The notes: generated from the letters alone by a model not told the origin. 64,000 bases of DNA from an uncultured Ignavibacteriales bacterium (GCA_964397415.1 CAYNIJ010000010.1:22021-86020); one strand, 5' to 3'; counted from the first letter of the stretch, positions 1 to 9,487 are shown. Translations and numbers: made by a program.

Positions 1-461
1 CCACCCGGTCCACGTGGCTCAATTTCGCTGGCGATGAACTTGGAAAACTCCGGATTCACGAAAGGCTGACCGTTAACACTGAGAACCTTGTCTTTGACCA
101 GAATTGTGTCTCCCGGTACCCCAACACATCGCTTAATATATTTGGTCTGTTGATCCCCCGGCCAGACAAAGATGACAACTTCGCCCCGCTCCGGGTCGCT
201 GATAGCGGGCATCCGCCAGTTCACCAGAGGGAGCCTCGCGCCATAGACAAATTTGTTGGCTAGCAGAAAGTCTCCGATGAGGAGAGTGTCCTCCATCGAA
301 GAGGTCGGGATCTTGTAGGCTTCAACGACCGACGTCTTGATGAACAACGCTAGAACGATGGCGATAAGAAACTGCTTGAGATTGTCCCATATCGCGTCCC
401 CTCGACCATGTCGGCGAGCCGTCTCTTGGGAGGGGCGGGTTATTTTCTGAATTTCAGCCAT
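1..461 (-). CDS. lepB: Signal peptidase I, N-terminal part (gene runs off the left edge)
   Basis: Not in the ORF track because it is truncated. Reverse-complement translation from the ATG at 461-459 gives MAEIQKITRP...LFIKTSVVEAYKIPTSSMEDTLLIGDFLLANKFVYG...KYIKRCVGVPGDTI. It shows one TM helix, the catalytic Ser box (PTSSMEDTL) and the KRxxGxPGD box of S26 peptidases. AGGAG lies 6 nt upstream of the ATG. Confidence 0.85.
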   Translation of the reverse strand, partial: MAEIQKITRPSQETARRHGRGDAIWDNLKQFLIAIVLALFIKTSVVEAYKIPTSSMEDTLLIGDFLLANKFVYGARLPLVNWRMPAISDPERGEVVIFVWPGDQQTKYIKRCVGVPGDTILVKDKVLSVNGQPFVNPEFSKFIASEIEPRGPG

Positions 462-529
462 TCAGACTCCTGTAAAGGGCGAGTGTGCATCCGTAGCTTT
501 ATACGCTAAATCGGGATAATAGTGCCCGA

Positions 530-1597
530 TCAAAAGCCCTTGAACATACGCATTATGTCGTTGTATGTCACGAGGATAATCAGGCCGAACAGGAAGACCA
601 TGCCGACCTGCTGCGCGATTGCCCTGGCCCTGACCGACAGCGGCTCACCCCGCAACTTCTCAATCGCCAGAAAGACCAAGTGCCCGCCATCCAATATCGG
701 AATCGGGAGAACATTGAGCACCGCCAGGTTCACTGACAGCAGGGCCATAAAGAAGAACAGGCTCGAGGGCCCTTTCTCTGCTTCTTTACCGGACTGTTTG
801 GCTATGAACAGCGGGCCACCGATCATCTTGGGCGAGACCTGTCCGGTGACAAATCGCTTAACGAATTTTACCGTCTCCCAGACGATGACATGCGACATAA
901 CAAAGCCGGATTTGACCGACTCGATAACCCCGTAGCTCTCTCGTCTAATGACTTTCTGTCCGAAACCTATTACGCCAATGGAATCTACATTCCCCGCCTC
1001 ATCCATAATCGGCTCAGCCTTCGTGACGATCTGCGCGGTGGTTGTATCATTCCCGCGTAACCAGGTCAAGGACAACGGTTCGGCTACGTGGCGATTAATG
1101 CCGGCTCGAAGCGAGTCGAAACTAGCAACCGGAACGCCATCCAGAGCGATTATCTGATCCCCTTCGCGCATGCCGGCCGCGTACGCCGGACCATCGTCAG
1201 ATACGGTGCCGACCAGCACCCTGGTGGTATCGAAGATCGGCTTGCCGCCGATGAGATAGATCCCGATCATGATGACTATCGCCAAAAGGTAGTTCATGAA
1301 CGGTCCGGCGAAAATAACCGCCGCGCGCTGACCGATCGTCTTGGACATGAACTCCTCAGATGAACCAGTGGTCTCATCATCCGGATTCTCGCCGATCATC
1401 TTGACATAGCCGCCAAGCGGAATGATGCCGATGCAGTACGTCGTATCGCCCCACTTCTTGGCGAAGATGTTGGGCGGGAAACCAAGCGAGAACTTCTCGA
1501 CCTTTATCCCCACTTTCTTGGCGACCAGAAAATGGCCCAATTCATGGATGAAGATCAGAATGCCCAAAACAAAGATGAATGACAGAATTGTCAGCAT
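530..1597 (-). CDS. rseP: Site-2 zinc metalloprotease RseP (M50 family)
   Basis: 355 aa. HELGHF (HExxH) in the first TM helix, a central PDZ-like segment and the C-terminal NVLPIPILDGGH motif. Overlaps the dxr stop by 7 nt. Confidence 0.9.
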   Translation of the reverse strand: MLTILSFIFVLGILIFIHELGHFLVAKKVGIKVEKFSLGFPPNIFAKKWGDTTYCIGIIPLGGYVKMIGENPDDETTGSSEEFMSKTIGQRAAVIFAGPFMNYLLAIVIMIGIYLIGGKPIFDTTRVLVGTVSDDGPAYAAGMREGDQIIALDGVPVASFDSLRAGINRHVAEPLSLTWLRGNDTTTAQIVTKAEPIMDEAGNVDSIGVIGFGQKVIRRESYGVIESVKSGFVMSHVIVWETVKFVKRFVTGQVSPKMIGGPLFIAKQSGKEAEKGPSSLFFFMALLSVNLAVLNVLPIPILDGGHLVFLAIEKLRGEPLSVRARAIAQQVGMVFLFGLIILVTYNDIMRMFKGF

Positions 1598-2757
1598 CGA
1601 ACGCTCTCCAGAGATTTACGCGCGATCTTCCTTGCCTCAATGTCGGCATCTTGGATGTCGGCGATCGTTGGTTCGGTGACGGGGGCAAATGCGGCCACGG
1701 TCGCCGAGACTACCTCATATATGTCGGTAAACCCGATAGCTCTATTCAGGAACGCCTCAACGGCGATCTCATTGGCTGCATTATATACGGCAGGAAGGGT
1801 GGATCCGGTTCCCGCAACTTCATAGGCCAAGCGCAATAATGGAAATCGGTCGAAATCCGGTCGTTCAAAGGTCAGATTGGCGGCCTGCGTCCAATCAAGA
1901 CGTCCAAACTCCGATTTCACCCGGTCCGGCCAGAACAAAGCGTATGTTATCGGTAACCGCATATCCGGCCTGGATAATTGAGCGATCACCGACGAGTCGA
2001 CAAACTCGACCATCGAATGAACCACCGACTGTGGGTGAATGACAACTTTAATTTTGTCGGCTGGCACGCCAAAAAGAGTGGTCGCTTCTATGATCTCTAG
2101 TCCCTTATTGACCATGGTGGCCGAATCAATCGTGATCTTTGCCCCCATGTTCCAGGTCGGGTGATTGAGCGCTTGCTCAATCGTGACCTCCCGAAACTTT
2201 TCCAACGGGAGTTCGCGAAAGGGACCTCCCGAGGCCGTCAATATCAGGTTGCGAATCTCGTCCTTCTTCCCTGCCAGAAGCGACTGCCAGATGGCCGAAT
2301 GCTCTGAATCGATCGGGAGAACTCTGGCCTGTCCCGATTCTATGAGCGGTCGAAAGATCGGGCCACCTGTAACCAGGGACTCCTTGTTAGCCAAAGCCAG
2401 TGTGATATTATGGCGCACAGCTTCAAGCGATGCATTAAGTCCGGCCGCGCCGACTATGGCATTGACTACCAGGTCAACGTCGGGAAGGCCGGCCAGACTA
2501 ATGATAGCGTCGGCGCCAACCACCACGCGCACAGACTCGCCTGCTACCGCGGCGGCAAGCTGTTTGGACTTTGATTCATCGACAATGCAGAGGTACTCGG
2601 GGCGGAATTGATGGAACTGTTGAACGAGCAGATCAACATTACTGTACGCCGCTAGCGCCTTGATGTTGAACACGCCGGGATGAGCGGAAATAACATCCAG
2701 ACAGGATTTGCCGATCGAGCCAGTCGAGCCAAGGAGCGAGAGCTTGCGTGGTTTCAT
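1591..2757 (-). CDS. dxr: 1-deoxy-D-xylulose 5-phosphate reductoisomerase
   Basis: 388 aa. N-terminal LLGSTGSIGKS NADPH fold, PIDSEHSAIWQ and NKGLE motifs; classic dxr-rseP synteny. Confidence 0.92.
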   Translation of the reverse strand: MKPRKLSLLGSTGSIGKSCLDVISAHPGVFNIKALAAYSNVDLLVQQFHQFRPEYLCIVDESKSKQLAAAVAGESVRVVVGADAIISLAGLPDVDLVVNAIVGAAGLNASLEAVRHNITLALANKESLVTGGPIFRPLIESGQARVLPIDSEHSAIWQSLLAGKKDEIRNLILTASGGPFRELPLEKFREVTIEQALNHPTWNMGAKITIDSATMVNKGLEIIEATTLFGVPADKIKVVIHPQSVVHSMVEFVDSSVIAQLSRPDMRLPITYALFWPDRVKSEFGRLDWTQAANLTFERPDFDRFPLLRLAYEVAGTGSTLPAVYNAANEIAVEAFLNRAIGFTDIYEVVSATVAAFAPVTEPTIADIQDADIEARKIARKSLESVRC

Positions 2758-2819
2758 GTCTGCTTCTGTAACGAGCGTTCGCTGTTAGGGTTCCGTCGGA
2801 GATCCACCCGGAAATAGAA

Positions 2820-2845
2820 CAGGCAGAGGGATGAACCCCTGCCTG
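2820..2845 (-). terminator. Hairpin downstream of the cyclophilin gene (putative intrinsic terminator)
   Basis: Stem caggcag(a)ggg / cccctgcctg, 10 bp with one bulge, 5-nt loop. Lies 25 nt after the stop. Followed on the minus strand by UUCUAUUUCC. Confidence 0.45.
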
Positions 2846-2870
2846 ATCCAGCCTATTCAAACCAAGTCTC

Positions 2871-3500
2871 TTACTTCTTCTCGTCCTTCTTTTCCGCCTT
2901 CTTTTCGCCAAGCGGATTTCCCTGGGCATCGGACATGTATGCCTTAACGATCTTCACCTCTGTGGTCGGACGGGACTTTTCGCCGCCATACGGCTGGGGA
3001 CCAACCGGAACCTTTCCAAGATCGCGCAGAGTCTTATAGCCGTTCACAAGATGACCGAAGACCGTGTACTGGTTATCCAAGGTCTTGGCTCTCCCCAAAC
3101 AGACAAAGAATTGGCAAGAGGCGGAGTTGGGATCCGCGGCCCGCGCCATAGAGAGTGTCCCCTCAACATGGGGAAGCTCGTTGAATTCGGCCTTGAGCCT
3201 GTAGCCGGCGTCGCCGGTACCTGTGCCAGTTGGGTCGCCCCCCTGGATCATGAAACCGTCGATGATTCGATGGAAGATCACGTTATCGTAGAAACCTTTT
3301 TTGGTCAATGACGCGAACGAATCAGCGTGCGCCGGGGCGACATCGCGATACAGTTCGAGAGTCATTTTTCCAAGCGTTGTCTCAAGAGTAACGAATTGAT
3401 TGGTCTCTTTCCGGATGGGGGCTTCGGTTTTGTCCACTTGGGCACTTCCTGTTTCAATCAGCACGGCGGCTGCGGCTACGAGTAATACGGTTTTGAACAC
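2871..3500 (-). CDS. Exported cyclophilin-type peptidyl-prolyl cis-trans isomerase
   Basis: 209 aa. Signal peptide MFKTVLLVAAAAVLIETGSAQ, cyclophilin core FHRIIDGFMIQGGDP, Lys/Glu-rich C-terminus. GTG start at 3500 with AGAGGAGA 8 nt upstream. Confidence 0.88.
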   Translation of the reverse strand: MFKTVLLVAAAAVLIETGSAQVDKTEAPIRKETNQFVTLETTLGKMTLELYRDVAPAHADSFASLTKKGFYDNVIFHRIIDGFMIQGGDPTGTGTGDAGYRLKAEFNELPHVEGTLSMARAADPNSASCQFFVCLGRAKTLDNQYTVFGHLVNGYKTLRDLGKVPVGPQPYGGEKSRPTTEVKIVKAYMSDAQGNPLGEKKAEKKDEKK

Positions 3501-3544
3501 GAAATTGTCTCCTCTATTGTTTTCTTGTCATATTTGCCGGTCAA

Positions 3545-3572
3545 TATATAGGAATCCGTCTGCACTGGTCAA
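3545..3572 (-). promoter_or_regulatory. Putative sigma70-type promoter TTGACC-16-TATATA for the cyclophilin gene
   Basis: Read on the minus strand: ggtcaa at 3567-3572, tatata at 3545-3550. Lies in the 80-nt gap after the lipoprotein stop. Confidence 0.45.
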
Positions 3573-3581
3573 GCGAAGCGG

Positions 3582-4961
3582 CTATCGCTGGCGCTGCAAT
3601 CGTGGCAGCTTGGCTGCAACGGTCGGTTGCGCTTCGACTACGTGAACTTCGAAAACGGTTCGCTCTGATTCGGTAGCCTGGTCCGTTGAATAGGCAGTAA
3701 GCCCGTAGGTAGGCCATTCATAGCGATACGCGGCGGGCGGCGTGGGGTCATAGATAGGGATCACCACACCATATTCGGTCAACAAATCCTGAATTGGCGA
3801 GCCTATCCCCCAGCCACTTTGTGAAGTGTCCGCATAGACCGTATTAAGTATCACGCCGTAGATTGGTTCAAATTCCTGCGCGGTGCTATCTTGATTTGTA
3901 TCCGCAACTATGCCCACAAAGCCGAGCTGTGACTCATAATCAACATAGTTGAGCCAGTAAGTAGGGTCGGGGGTGTTGGCGAGTTCACTACCATTAAACA
4001 GTCTCACCAATGCGAAATCATCCCCGTTTTTGATGTATTGTCCCTGGAAAGCGACTCCGGGGGCGATCGTACTGGCGCGCACCGTCAAGTCAAGGGTATC
4101 AACTCCGGGGACCATCGCGCGAATCAGCGCATGCCCCTCCGTTCCGGAGAAATTGTAAGTGAGAAGCGCATTCCCCGCGGCAGCCGTCTGCAAGGATTCA
4201 GCCGACAATTGCCCATCCCCCTCCACTAAACTGAATTTAATCCATACCTTGTACAGAATATTGGCCGTGGCATCGACAACCTTCAATCGGATCAGCGGAT
4301 CCTGATTGCTTGAGCCAAATGCGCCTTTGAAAAACTGACGATTGATTATGTGCTGTACCGCCGCCGGCACCTCGACCCGCATAAGGACTCGTGCGGTGTC
4401 AGTACCGTATGCATTGTAAGCAATGAGGTTTAGCTGACCATTGACCGGTGGGACAGTCCAGACTGTCGCGCCCGTTGCCGGAGTCAGTTTGGCGCCGCCA
4501 TTCAGTTTGATCGAATCGGTTCGAATTGCGGTCCAGGTCACCTGGGTTGAATCTCCAACTACCACGGTATCTTCGCTGACGGTCATGGCGGTGATGGATG
4601 GGACCGCTGCGTTCATGGTTACTGATACGAACGCGGAATCCTGACCTCCCCGGTTATAAGCCCGCAGAGTATACGTGGTAACGCCGGTCGGTTTAACATA
4701 CAGACTCCCGGATCCGGTATTCGAAAGCGACTGACCGGACGGGAACAGCTTGAGAGAATCAGTCCGTACCGCGACGTAACTTAGCAGTACAGAGTCACCG
4801 GGCACAATGTCAGCAGGGGTGCCGGTGAAGGTAGTAATCTCCGGCGGCGTGATAGTCGGCGGTTTGGTCGGTTTGTCCGACGAGCAACCACCCACCAGGA
4901 GAAATAAAGCGCACAATGCAGGCGCGATTGTTCTGAGACGCAGTATACTCGTAAGTGTCAC
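3582..4961 (-). CDS. Surface/periplasmic lipoprotein with tandem Ig-like repeats, function unknown
   Basis: 459 aa. Lipobox LVGGC. Two about 85-aa repeats (ITTFTGTPADIVPGDSVLLSY...YTLRAYNRGGQDSAFVSVTM and ITAMTVSEDTVVVGDSTQVTW...LNLIAYNAYGTDTARVLMRV), then a further beta-rich region. Starts 15 nt downstream of the OMP gene stop. Confidence 0.6.
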   Translation of the reverse strand: MTLTSILRLRTIAPALCALFLLVGGCSSDKPTKPPTITPPEITTFTGTPADIVPGDSVLLSYVAVRTDSLKLFPSGQSLSNTGSGSLYVKPTGVTTYTLRAYNRGGQDSAFVSVTMNAAVPSITAMTVSEDTVVVGDSTQVTWTAIRTDSIKLNGGAKLTPATGATVWTVPPVNGQLNLIAYNAYGTDTARVLMRVEVPAAVQHIINRQFFKGAFGSSNQDPLIRLKVVDATANILYKVWIKFSLVEGDGQLSAESLQTAAAGNALLTYNFSGTEGHALIRAMVPGVDTLDLTVRASTIAPGVAFQGQYIKNGDDFALVRLFNGSELANTPDPTYWLNYVDYESQLGFVGIVADTNQDSTAQEFEPIYGVILNTVYADTSQSGWGIGSPIQDLLTEYGVVIPIYDPTPPAAYRYEWPTYGLTAYSTDQATESERTVFEVHVVEAQPTVAAKLPRLQRQR

Positions 4962-4976
4962 CAGCGAAAATCCTTG

Positions 4977-5639
4977 TTAAGGTCTCACGTAAAAACGAAG
5001 GGCGAGTCCAATGTTCAAATATCGAGGCCGCTCCGAGGTCGCGATCATGTCGTATCGGTTCATAGACACGAGACTTATCTGCGAGCCATCGGCATTGCGC
5101 GCCAGGCGCAGATCAAATCCAAAATTCAGGCCTGCCAGCGCCTTTGCTTCGGTCTCGCCATCGATATTGGAATCATCGAATCCAGCCGTCATCAGGCCGG
5201 CGGTTACGCCCAAACCTACGTACGGCGCAAAATCCGAGTTGGCTATATCAGTGAAGTAGTAATTCATGTTCAGGTCGAGATCGTACGAGTTCAGGCTCAG
5301 GCCATCCTCGACCGTGACAATTACTTCATTATTCTCGAACCGGCTCTCGACATCATGATGCGTATAGCGGAAGTCCAACGACCAGGCGACCGCGCCATAG
5401 CGGACCTGGCCGATTCCGACACCGAGTGAAAAGGTCGGATCGTAGACATCGTCAGCGTCAAATTCGCCGTTGTAGTCTGGCAGATTGAAGAACTCGAGCT
5501 CTCCGACCGGGGCGGAGCGAGCACCAAAAACTTCGATAAAATTAAGGCTACGGCCAACGCGTGAGAATGCGCCGGCGTCGGAGACGGCCACCGACAAAAC
5601 CAGCGTGGCCAACAGGGCGAGGGTCAGAAGTCTGGACAT
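4977..5639 (-). CDS. Small outer-membrane beta-barrel protein (OmpW/OmpA-barrel-like), function unknown
   Basis: The track ORF runs to 5699, but a TTGACA-17-TATACT promoter lies inside that extension. The ATG at 5639 (GGGAGA SD) gives MSRLLTLALLATLVLSVAVSDAGA, a signal peptide followed by alternating-hydrophobic strands. Confidence 0.6.
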   Translation of the reverse strand: MSRLLTLALLATLVLSVAVSDAGAFSRVGRSLNFIEVFGARSAPVGELEFFNLPDYNGEFDADDVYDPTFSLGVGIGQVRYGAVAWSLDFRYTHHDVESRFENNEVIVTVEDGLSLNSYDLDLNMNYYFTDIANSDFAPYVGLGVTAGLMTAGFDDSNIDGETEAKALAGLNFGFDLRLARNADGSQISLVSMNRYDMIATSERPRYLNIGLALRFYVRP

Positions 5640-5670
5640 ATTGTCTCCCAAAGCGTTACGCGACTTTCGC

Positions 5671-5699
5671 AGTATACGGTGTTGAGGCTTCCCTGTCAA
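5671..5699 (-). promoter_or_regulatory. Putative sigma70-type promoter TTGACA-17-TATACT for the OMP/lipoprotein operon
   Basis: tgtcaa at 5694-5699, agtata at 5671-5676. Gives a roughly 30-nt leader with a GGGAGA SD before the ATG at 5639. Confidence 0.55.
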
Positions 5700-5801
5700 C
5701 CACTGTCCGGTTTAAGGTTAGCCATATCTTTGTACCCCAAAGTACTGATTTTGCCCACTTTTCCTTCCCGAGATGTGCTTAGTTCTTTATAGAAATATGA
5801 C

Positions 5802-5829
5802 TTGCACCGATACAGGAAATGCCTATATA
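5802..5829 (+). promoter_or_regulatory. Putative sigma70-type promoter TTGCAC-16-TATATA upstream of hbd-ackA
   Basis: ttgcac at 5802-5807, tatata at 5824-5829. Caveat: the predicted TSS would fall inside the AAGGAAGG SD of a 10-codon uORF. Confidence 0.35.
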
Positions 5830-5879
5830 AGGAAGGCGAAAAAATGTTTGTTACATATTTCACAATTACGAGTTGAGTT

Positions 5880-6782
5880 ATGGCAAAGTCAAAAATAGTC
5901 GTAATCGGAGCCGGAGTGATGGGGCAAGGTCTCGCTGAGGCTATCGCCACCACCGGCCACGATGTTACCCTGGTCGATCGGACCACCAAACTGGCGGAAA
6001 AAGGGATCAAGGGAATCAGCGAATCGATCGATCGTGAGATCAAGCGGTGGGGGCTGACCAAGTCTGACAAGAAAGCGATTCTGGCGCGCATCTCCCCTTC
6101 CAGCGACCTTTCGGTCGCCGAGGATGCGGAGATCGTACTGGAAGCAATCTACGAGGATCGCGAGAAAAAACGCGCTCTGTTTGAGAAACTTGATTCGATC
6201 TGCGGCCCCGATACCGTGATGATCACCAATACCGGCGTCCTGTCGGTCTCGGAAATCGCTGCGGCGACAGAACGACCGGAAAAAGTGATAGGCATGCACT
6301 TCCTCAATCCGGTCACCAAGATCCCGCTTGTTGAGATAGTCAAGGGCCTGAAAACCGATGAAACCACGTTCAAGAAAGCGGTCGAGTTCGCGACCAGCCT
6401 GGAAAAGAAGTGGATCACGGTCAACGAATATCCCGGTTATGTGACGACCCGCATCATTGTTCCGTTACTGAACGAAGCAATGCACGTTCTCATGGAAGGT
6501 GTCGCCTCGGCGGAAGATATCGATGAAGCGATGAAACTTGGATTCGGATTCAATGTCGGCCCGCTTGCCCTCGCCGATATGATGGGGCTTGATGTTGTGA
6601 TGTCATGGGAAATGAATCTCCTGAATGAACTCTCCGACCACAAATACAACCCGTGCCCGATCCTTCGAAAGATGGTCCGCGCGGGACATTTGGGGGTCAA
6701 GACCGGACGCGGTTTCTTTACCTACGATGCTGAAGGGAATCGGCTCAACGGTCACAAGACAATGGCGGAGGTAACCAAGTGA
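5880..6782 (+). CDS. hbd: 3-hydroxybutyryl-CoA / 3-hydroxyacyl-CoA dehydrogenase
   Basis: 300 aa. IVVIGAGVMGQGLA Rossmann N-terminus and GMHFLNPV motif of the 3HCDH family. Confidence 0.85.
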   Translation: MAKSKIVVIGAGVMGQGLAEAIATTGHDVTLVDRTTKLAEKGIKGISESIDREIKRWGLTKSDKKAILARISPSSDLSVAEDAEIVLEAIYEDREKKRALFEKLDSICGPDTVMITNTGVLSVSEIAAATERPEKVIGMHFLNPVTKIPLVEIVKGLKTDETTFKKAVEFATSLEKKWITVNEYPGYVTTRIIVPLLNEAMHVLMEGVASAEDIDEAMKLGFGFNVGPLALADMMGLDVVMSWEMNLLNELSDHKYNPCPILRKMVRAGHLGVKTGRGFFTYDAEGNRLNGHKTMAEVTK

Positions 6783-7990
6783 AAATACTTATTCTCAATT
6801 GCGGTTCATCATCGGTCAAGTACCAGTTAATCGACACCGATACGCAGATCGCGCTGGCCAAGGGGTTGGTTTCCCGAATTGGAATGTCCGAGTCAGTCCT
6901 AACTCACAAACCGTGGGATCGTCCGGAGATCAAGGTCTCCGCGGAGATCCTCGACCATATCGTGGCGGTAGAGTATGTCGTCTCGATGCTCCTCTCCCCC
7001 AATCACGGGGTGATCAAGGACAAAAACGAGATCGATGCGATAGGTCACCGTGTGGTGCATGGCGGCGAGGAGTTCACCGATTCGGTGCTTATTACGCCGG
7101 ATCTGATGTCAACTCTCCGTTCGCTCATCGAACTGGCGCCGTTGCATAATCCGCACAATATTCGCGGTATCAACGCCTGCCTTAAGACTATGCCGAAAGT
7201 TCCGCAGGTGGCGGTGTTTGATACGGCGTTTCACTGGCGGATGCCCCCGCACGCTTATATCTATGGCATTCCGTATGTCTTCTACAAGCGCTACGCCATT
7301 CGTCGGTATGGCTTCCACGGAACCTCGCACAAATATGTTTGCACTCGCGCGGCGCACATGCTTGGGAGACCACAGGAAGAACTGAAACTGATCACCGCGC
7401 ATCTGGGGAACGGGGCGTCGATGGCGGCGGTCAATGGCGGCGTATCGATTGATACCTCCATGGGGTTCACCCCCCTCGAGGGTCTTCTGATGGGGACTCG
7501 CTCCGGCGATCTTGACCCGGCAATCATCCTGCATATCATGGCGCGAGAAGAGCTCTCGCTTCACGAAGGAAACACGATGCTGAACAAGCATTCCGGTCTG
7601 GTCGGCATCTCGGGTGTTTCCTCAGACATGCGCGAGATAATCACTGCCGCGAATGGCGGCAATAGCAACGCCAAGCTGGCGCTGGATATCTTCTGCTACC
7701 GCATCAAGAAGTATATCGGGTCGTATTGGGCGGCCTTGGGCGATCTTGACGCACTCATCTTTACCGCCGGTGTCGGGGAGAACTCAGCGGTGGTCCGCGC
7801 GCTCTCCTGCGCCGGTATGGAGAAGATGGGGATCAAGATCGACGAGGCAAAAAACAACGCCGCGGTCAGCAAAGAGATGGATATCTCGACACCCGATTCA
7901 AAAGTGCGCGTGCTGGTGATCCCAACCAACGAAGAGCTGGTGATCGCGCAGGATACACAGCGGATTGTCGAGGAAAAGCTCAAGAAGTAG
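6779..7990 (+). CDS. ackA: Acetate kinase
   Basis: 403 aa. MKILILNCGSSSVKYQL, HRVVHGG, GFHGTSH, AHLGNGAS. The GTG start overlaps the hbd TGA (GTGA). Confidence 0.93.
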   Translation: MKILILNCGSSSVKYQLIDTDTQIALAKGLVSRIGMSESVLTHKPWDRPEIKVSAEILDHIVAVEYVVSMLLSPNHGVIKDKNEIDAIGHRVVHGGEEFTDSVLITPDLMSTLRSLIELAPLHNPHNIRGINACLKTMPKVPQVAVFDTAFHWRMPPHAYIYGIPYVFYKRYAIRRYGFHGTSHKYVCTRAAHMLGRPQEELKLITAHLGNGASMAAVNGGVSIDTSMGFTPLEGLLMGTRSGDLDPAIILHIMAREELSLHEGNTMLNKHSGLVGISGVSSDMREIITAANGGNSNAKLALDIFCYRIKKYIGSYWAALGDLDALIFTAGVGENSAVVRALSCAGMEKMGIKIDEAKNNAAVSKEMDISTPDSKVRVLVIPTNEELVIAQDTQRIVEEKLKK

Positions 7991-8036
7991 GTTTGTCACC
8001 CGCCAATAAAAGGTGGGGTACGGTTTCGATACATCA

Positions 8037-8056
8037 AGGGCCTCGTTTGAGGCCCT
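8037..8056 (+). terminator. Hairpin after ackA (putative intrinsic terminator between convergent genes)
   Basis: agggcctc gttt gaggccct: perfect 8-bp stem with a 4-nt loop, followed by cttcattt. Confidence 0.55.
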
Positions 8057-8090
8057 CTTCATTTGGACGTCGGTCAGGATTTGAGAGTAC

Positions 8091-8570
8091 TCAGCGCTTG
8101 ATCAGTCTTCCCTCGTCATCGCGGTCGGCTATCCCCCACTTGCTCAGGTCCCCTTCGGTGCGAAGAACCGGCAGCGCGTTGAGTTTCTCGGCGATCTTTC
8201 TAGTCACCTCATCAAAGCGCTCAATGTCTGGTCGAATGCGGACCTTCTGAGTTGGACCATGCAGAAACAACATCCGCTTCCGTTCTTTGGCCTGGAGAAT
8301 TTCGGTGAACAGCAATTTCCCGCTTCGAAAGAGGGATTTTTGCTCGATCTCTTGCTCAGTGACAGTAATGCGATAAAGAAGCAACTGCAGAGAACCAAAG
8401 ATGGCCATCGCGATGAGAGCACCGCCGGTGAGCATCGATGGCGTGTGGTTCAGCTTGATCCCATCGGCCAATCGCATTCCGCCATAGACGACGACCGCCG
8501 CAAAGAGAATCAGATTGAACCACCTACGACCGGGGGTGTAGGTAACAGAAAGGTCAATGGAAGAATACAT
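8091..8570 (-). CDS. Small membrane protein: two TM helices plus a PH-like (bPH/YdbS-like) C-terminal domain, function unknown
   Basis: 159 aa. Two hydrophobic helices (FNLILFAAVVVYGG, GGALIAMAIFGSLQLLLY) followed by a soluble roughly 90-aa domain. Architecture only; no catalytic motif. Confidence 0.5.
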   Translation of the reverse strand: MYSSIDLSVTYTPGRRWFNLILFAAVVVYGGMRLADGIKLNHTPSMLTGGALIAMAIFGSLQLLLYRITVTEQEIEQKSLFRSGKLLFTEILQAKERKRMLFLHGPTQKVRIRPDIERFDEVTRKIAEKLNALPVLRTEGDLSKWGIADRDDEGRLIKR

Positions 8571-8626
8571 AAAGCAAATGCCCTTTCCACGAACTGCTAT
8601 GGCGCATCAATCAATTGCTTAAACAC

Positions 8627-9487
8627 TCAACCCTCCGAATTCGGCTCTTTGGAGGCAGTATCGGATCCTTTTGGTTTTGCCTTTGACGCTTTGGTATTCT
8701 CGTTTTTTCCGGCAGGCTCAGATGACTCAATCGGCAGAAGTGTTCCATCAGAAGTAATAAAAAAGGATGAGGAATGCGGATACACTCTGAAGGGAGTGCC
8801 TTCAGCAGACCCTACATGAAGTTTTCCCATATTGGCCCAGTTAGCTCCTCTCAATGAAGTCTGACCGAACATCAAAGATTGGTATGCACTTTGGTCAATT
8901 GTACTGCTAATTGACGAAATCGCACCCATTATGGATGAGGTTCTGGCTGCTAGTTCCGAAACGGCCTCTTGCAGAGCCGCAAGAGACCTTTCTACTGGCT
9001 GACCGCTCGAGCGCAGGCTCTGCAGGTCTATTGCGGTTGAAATCGGCGACTCAATCGGAGTGTCACTGGATTCCAAGTGTCGTATGTGTGCAATAATCTC
9101 CGTCTTGGCGATTTCAACCGAATCAAGATCTGTGTGGTCCAACTGAATAGTCCTAAGTGACGCAACATCGAAGGGAATCCTCTGACCCTTTTCTATTATC
9201 TGTATGAACGGCTTTCGAAGCGCGTGCCTGACGGCAAGTTCATAGAAGACATTTGGATTCCATTCAGTCAAATCTGCAATCACAAGGGCGTCATCAACTA
9301 TATGCTGGATTATCTGACTAGTGATCAGACCCGGTTCCGAAATCTCATCAGCTCTAGTAGTGTGGTAACCACACTCAGCGGTTGCGGGCCGAATGACATG
9401 CTTGAGGATCTTGTCCGACCGTTTACGAGTCGCTGAATCCAACTCACCTATTGGGGCAATTACGAAACACCTTTTAATCTCCGCCAT
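8627..9487 (-). CDS. Hypothetical protein with an N-terminal TIR / nucleoside 2-deoxyribosyltransferase-like Rossmannoid domain
   Basis: 286 aa. N-terminus CFVIAPIG...RADEI...VIADLTEWNPNVFYELAVRHALRKPFIQI matches, from memory, the FVIMPF...ADLT..NxNVxYElGxxHA signature. The C-terminal half is Ser-rich coil with a Lys-rich tail. GGGAGG SD 5 nt upstream. Lower GC than flanks. Confidence 0.55.
   Translation of the reverse strand: MAEIKRCFVIAPIGELDSATRKRSDKILKHVIRPATAECGYHTTRADEISEPGLITSQIIQHIVDDALVIADLTEWNPNVFYELAVRHALRKPFIQIIEKGQRIPFDVASLRTIQLDHTDLDSVEIAKTEIIAHIRHLESSDTPIESPISTAIDLQSLRSSGQPVERSLAALQEAVSELAARTSSIMGAISSISSTIDQSAYQSLMFGQTSLRGANWANMGKLHVGSAEGTPFRVYPHSSSFFITSDGTLLPIESSEPAGKNENTKASKAKPKGSDTASKEPNSEG

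Noticed and set aside
5640-5699. N-terminal 20-codon extension of the OMP ORF given by the track (start at 5699).
   Set aside because: The extension contains a near-consensus TTGACA-17-TATACT promoter. The ATG at 5639 has an SD and yields a proper signal peptide.
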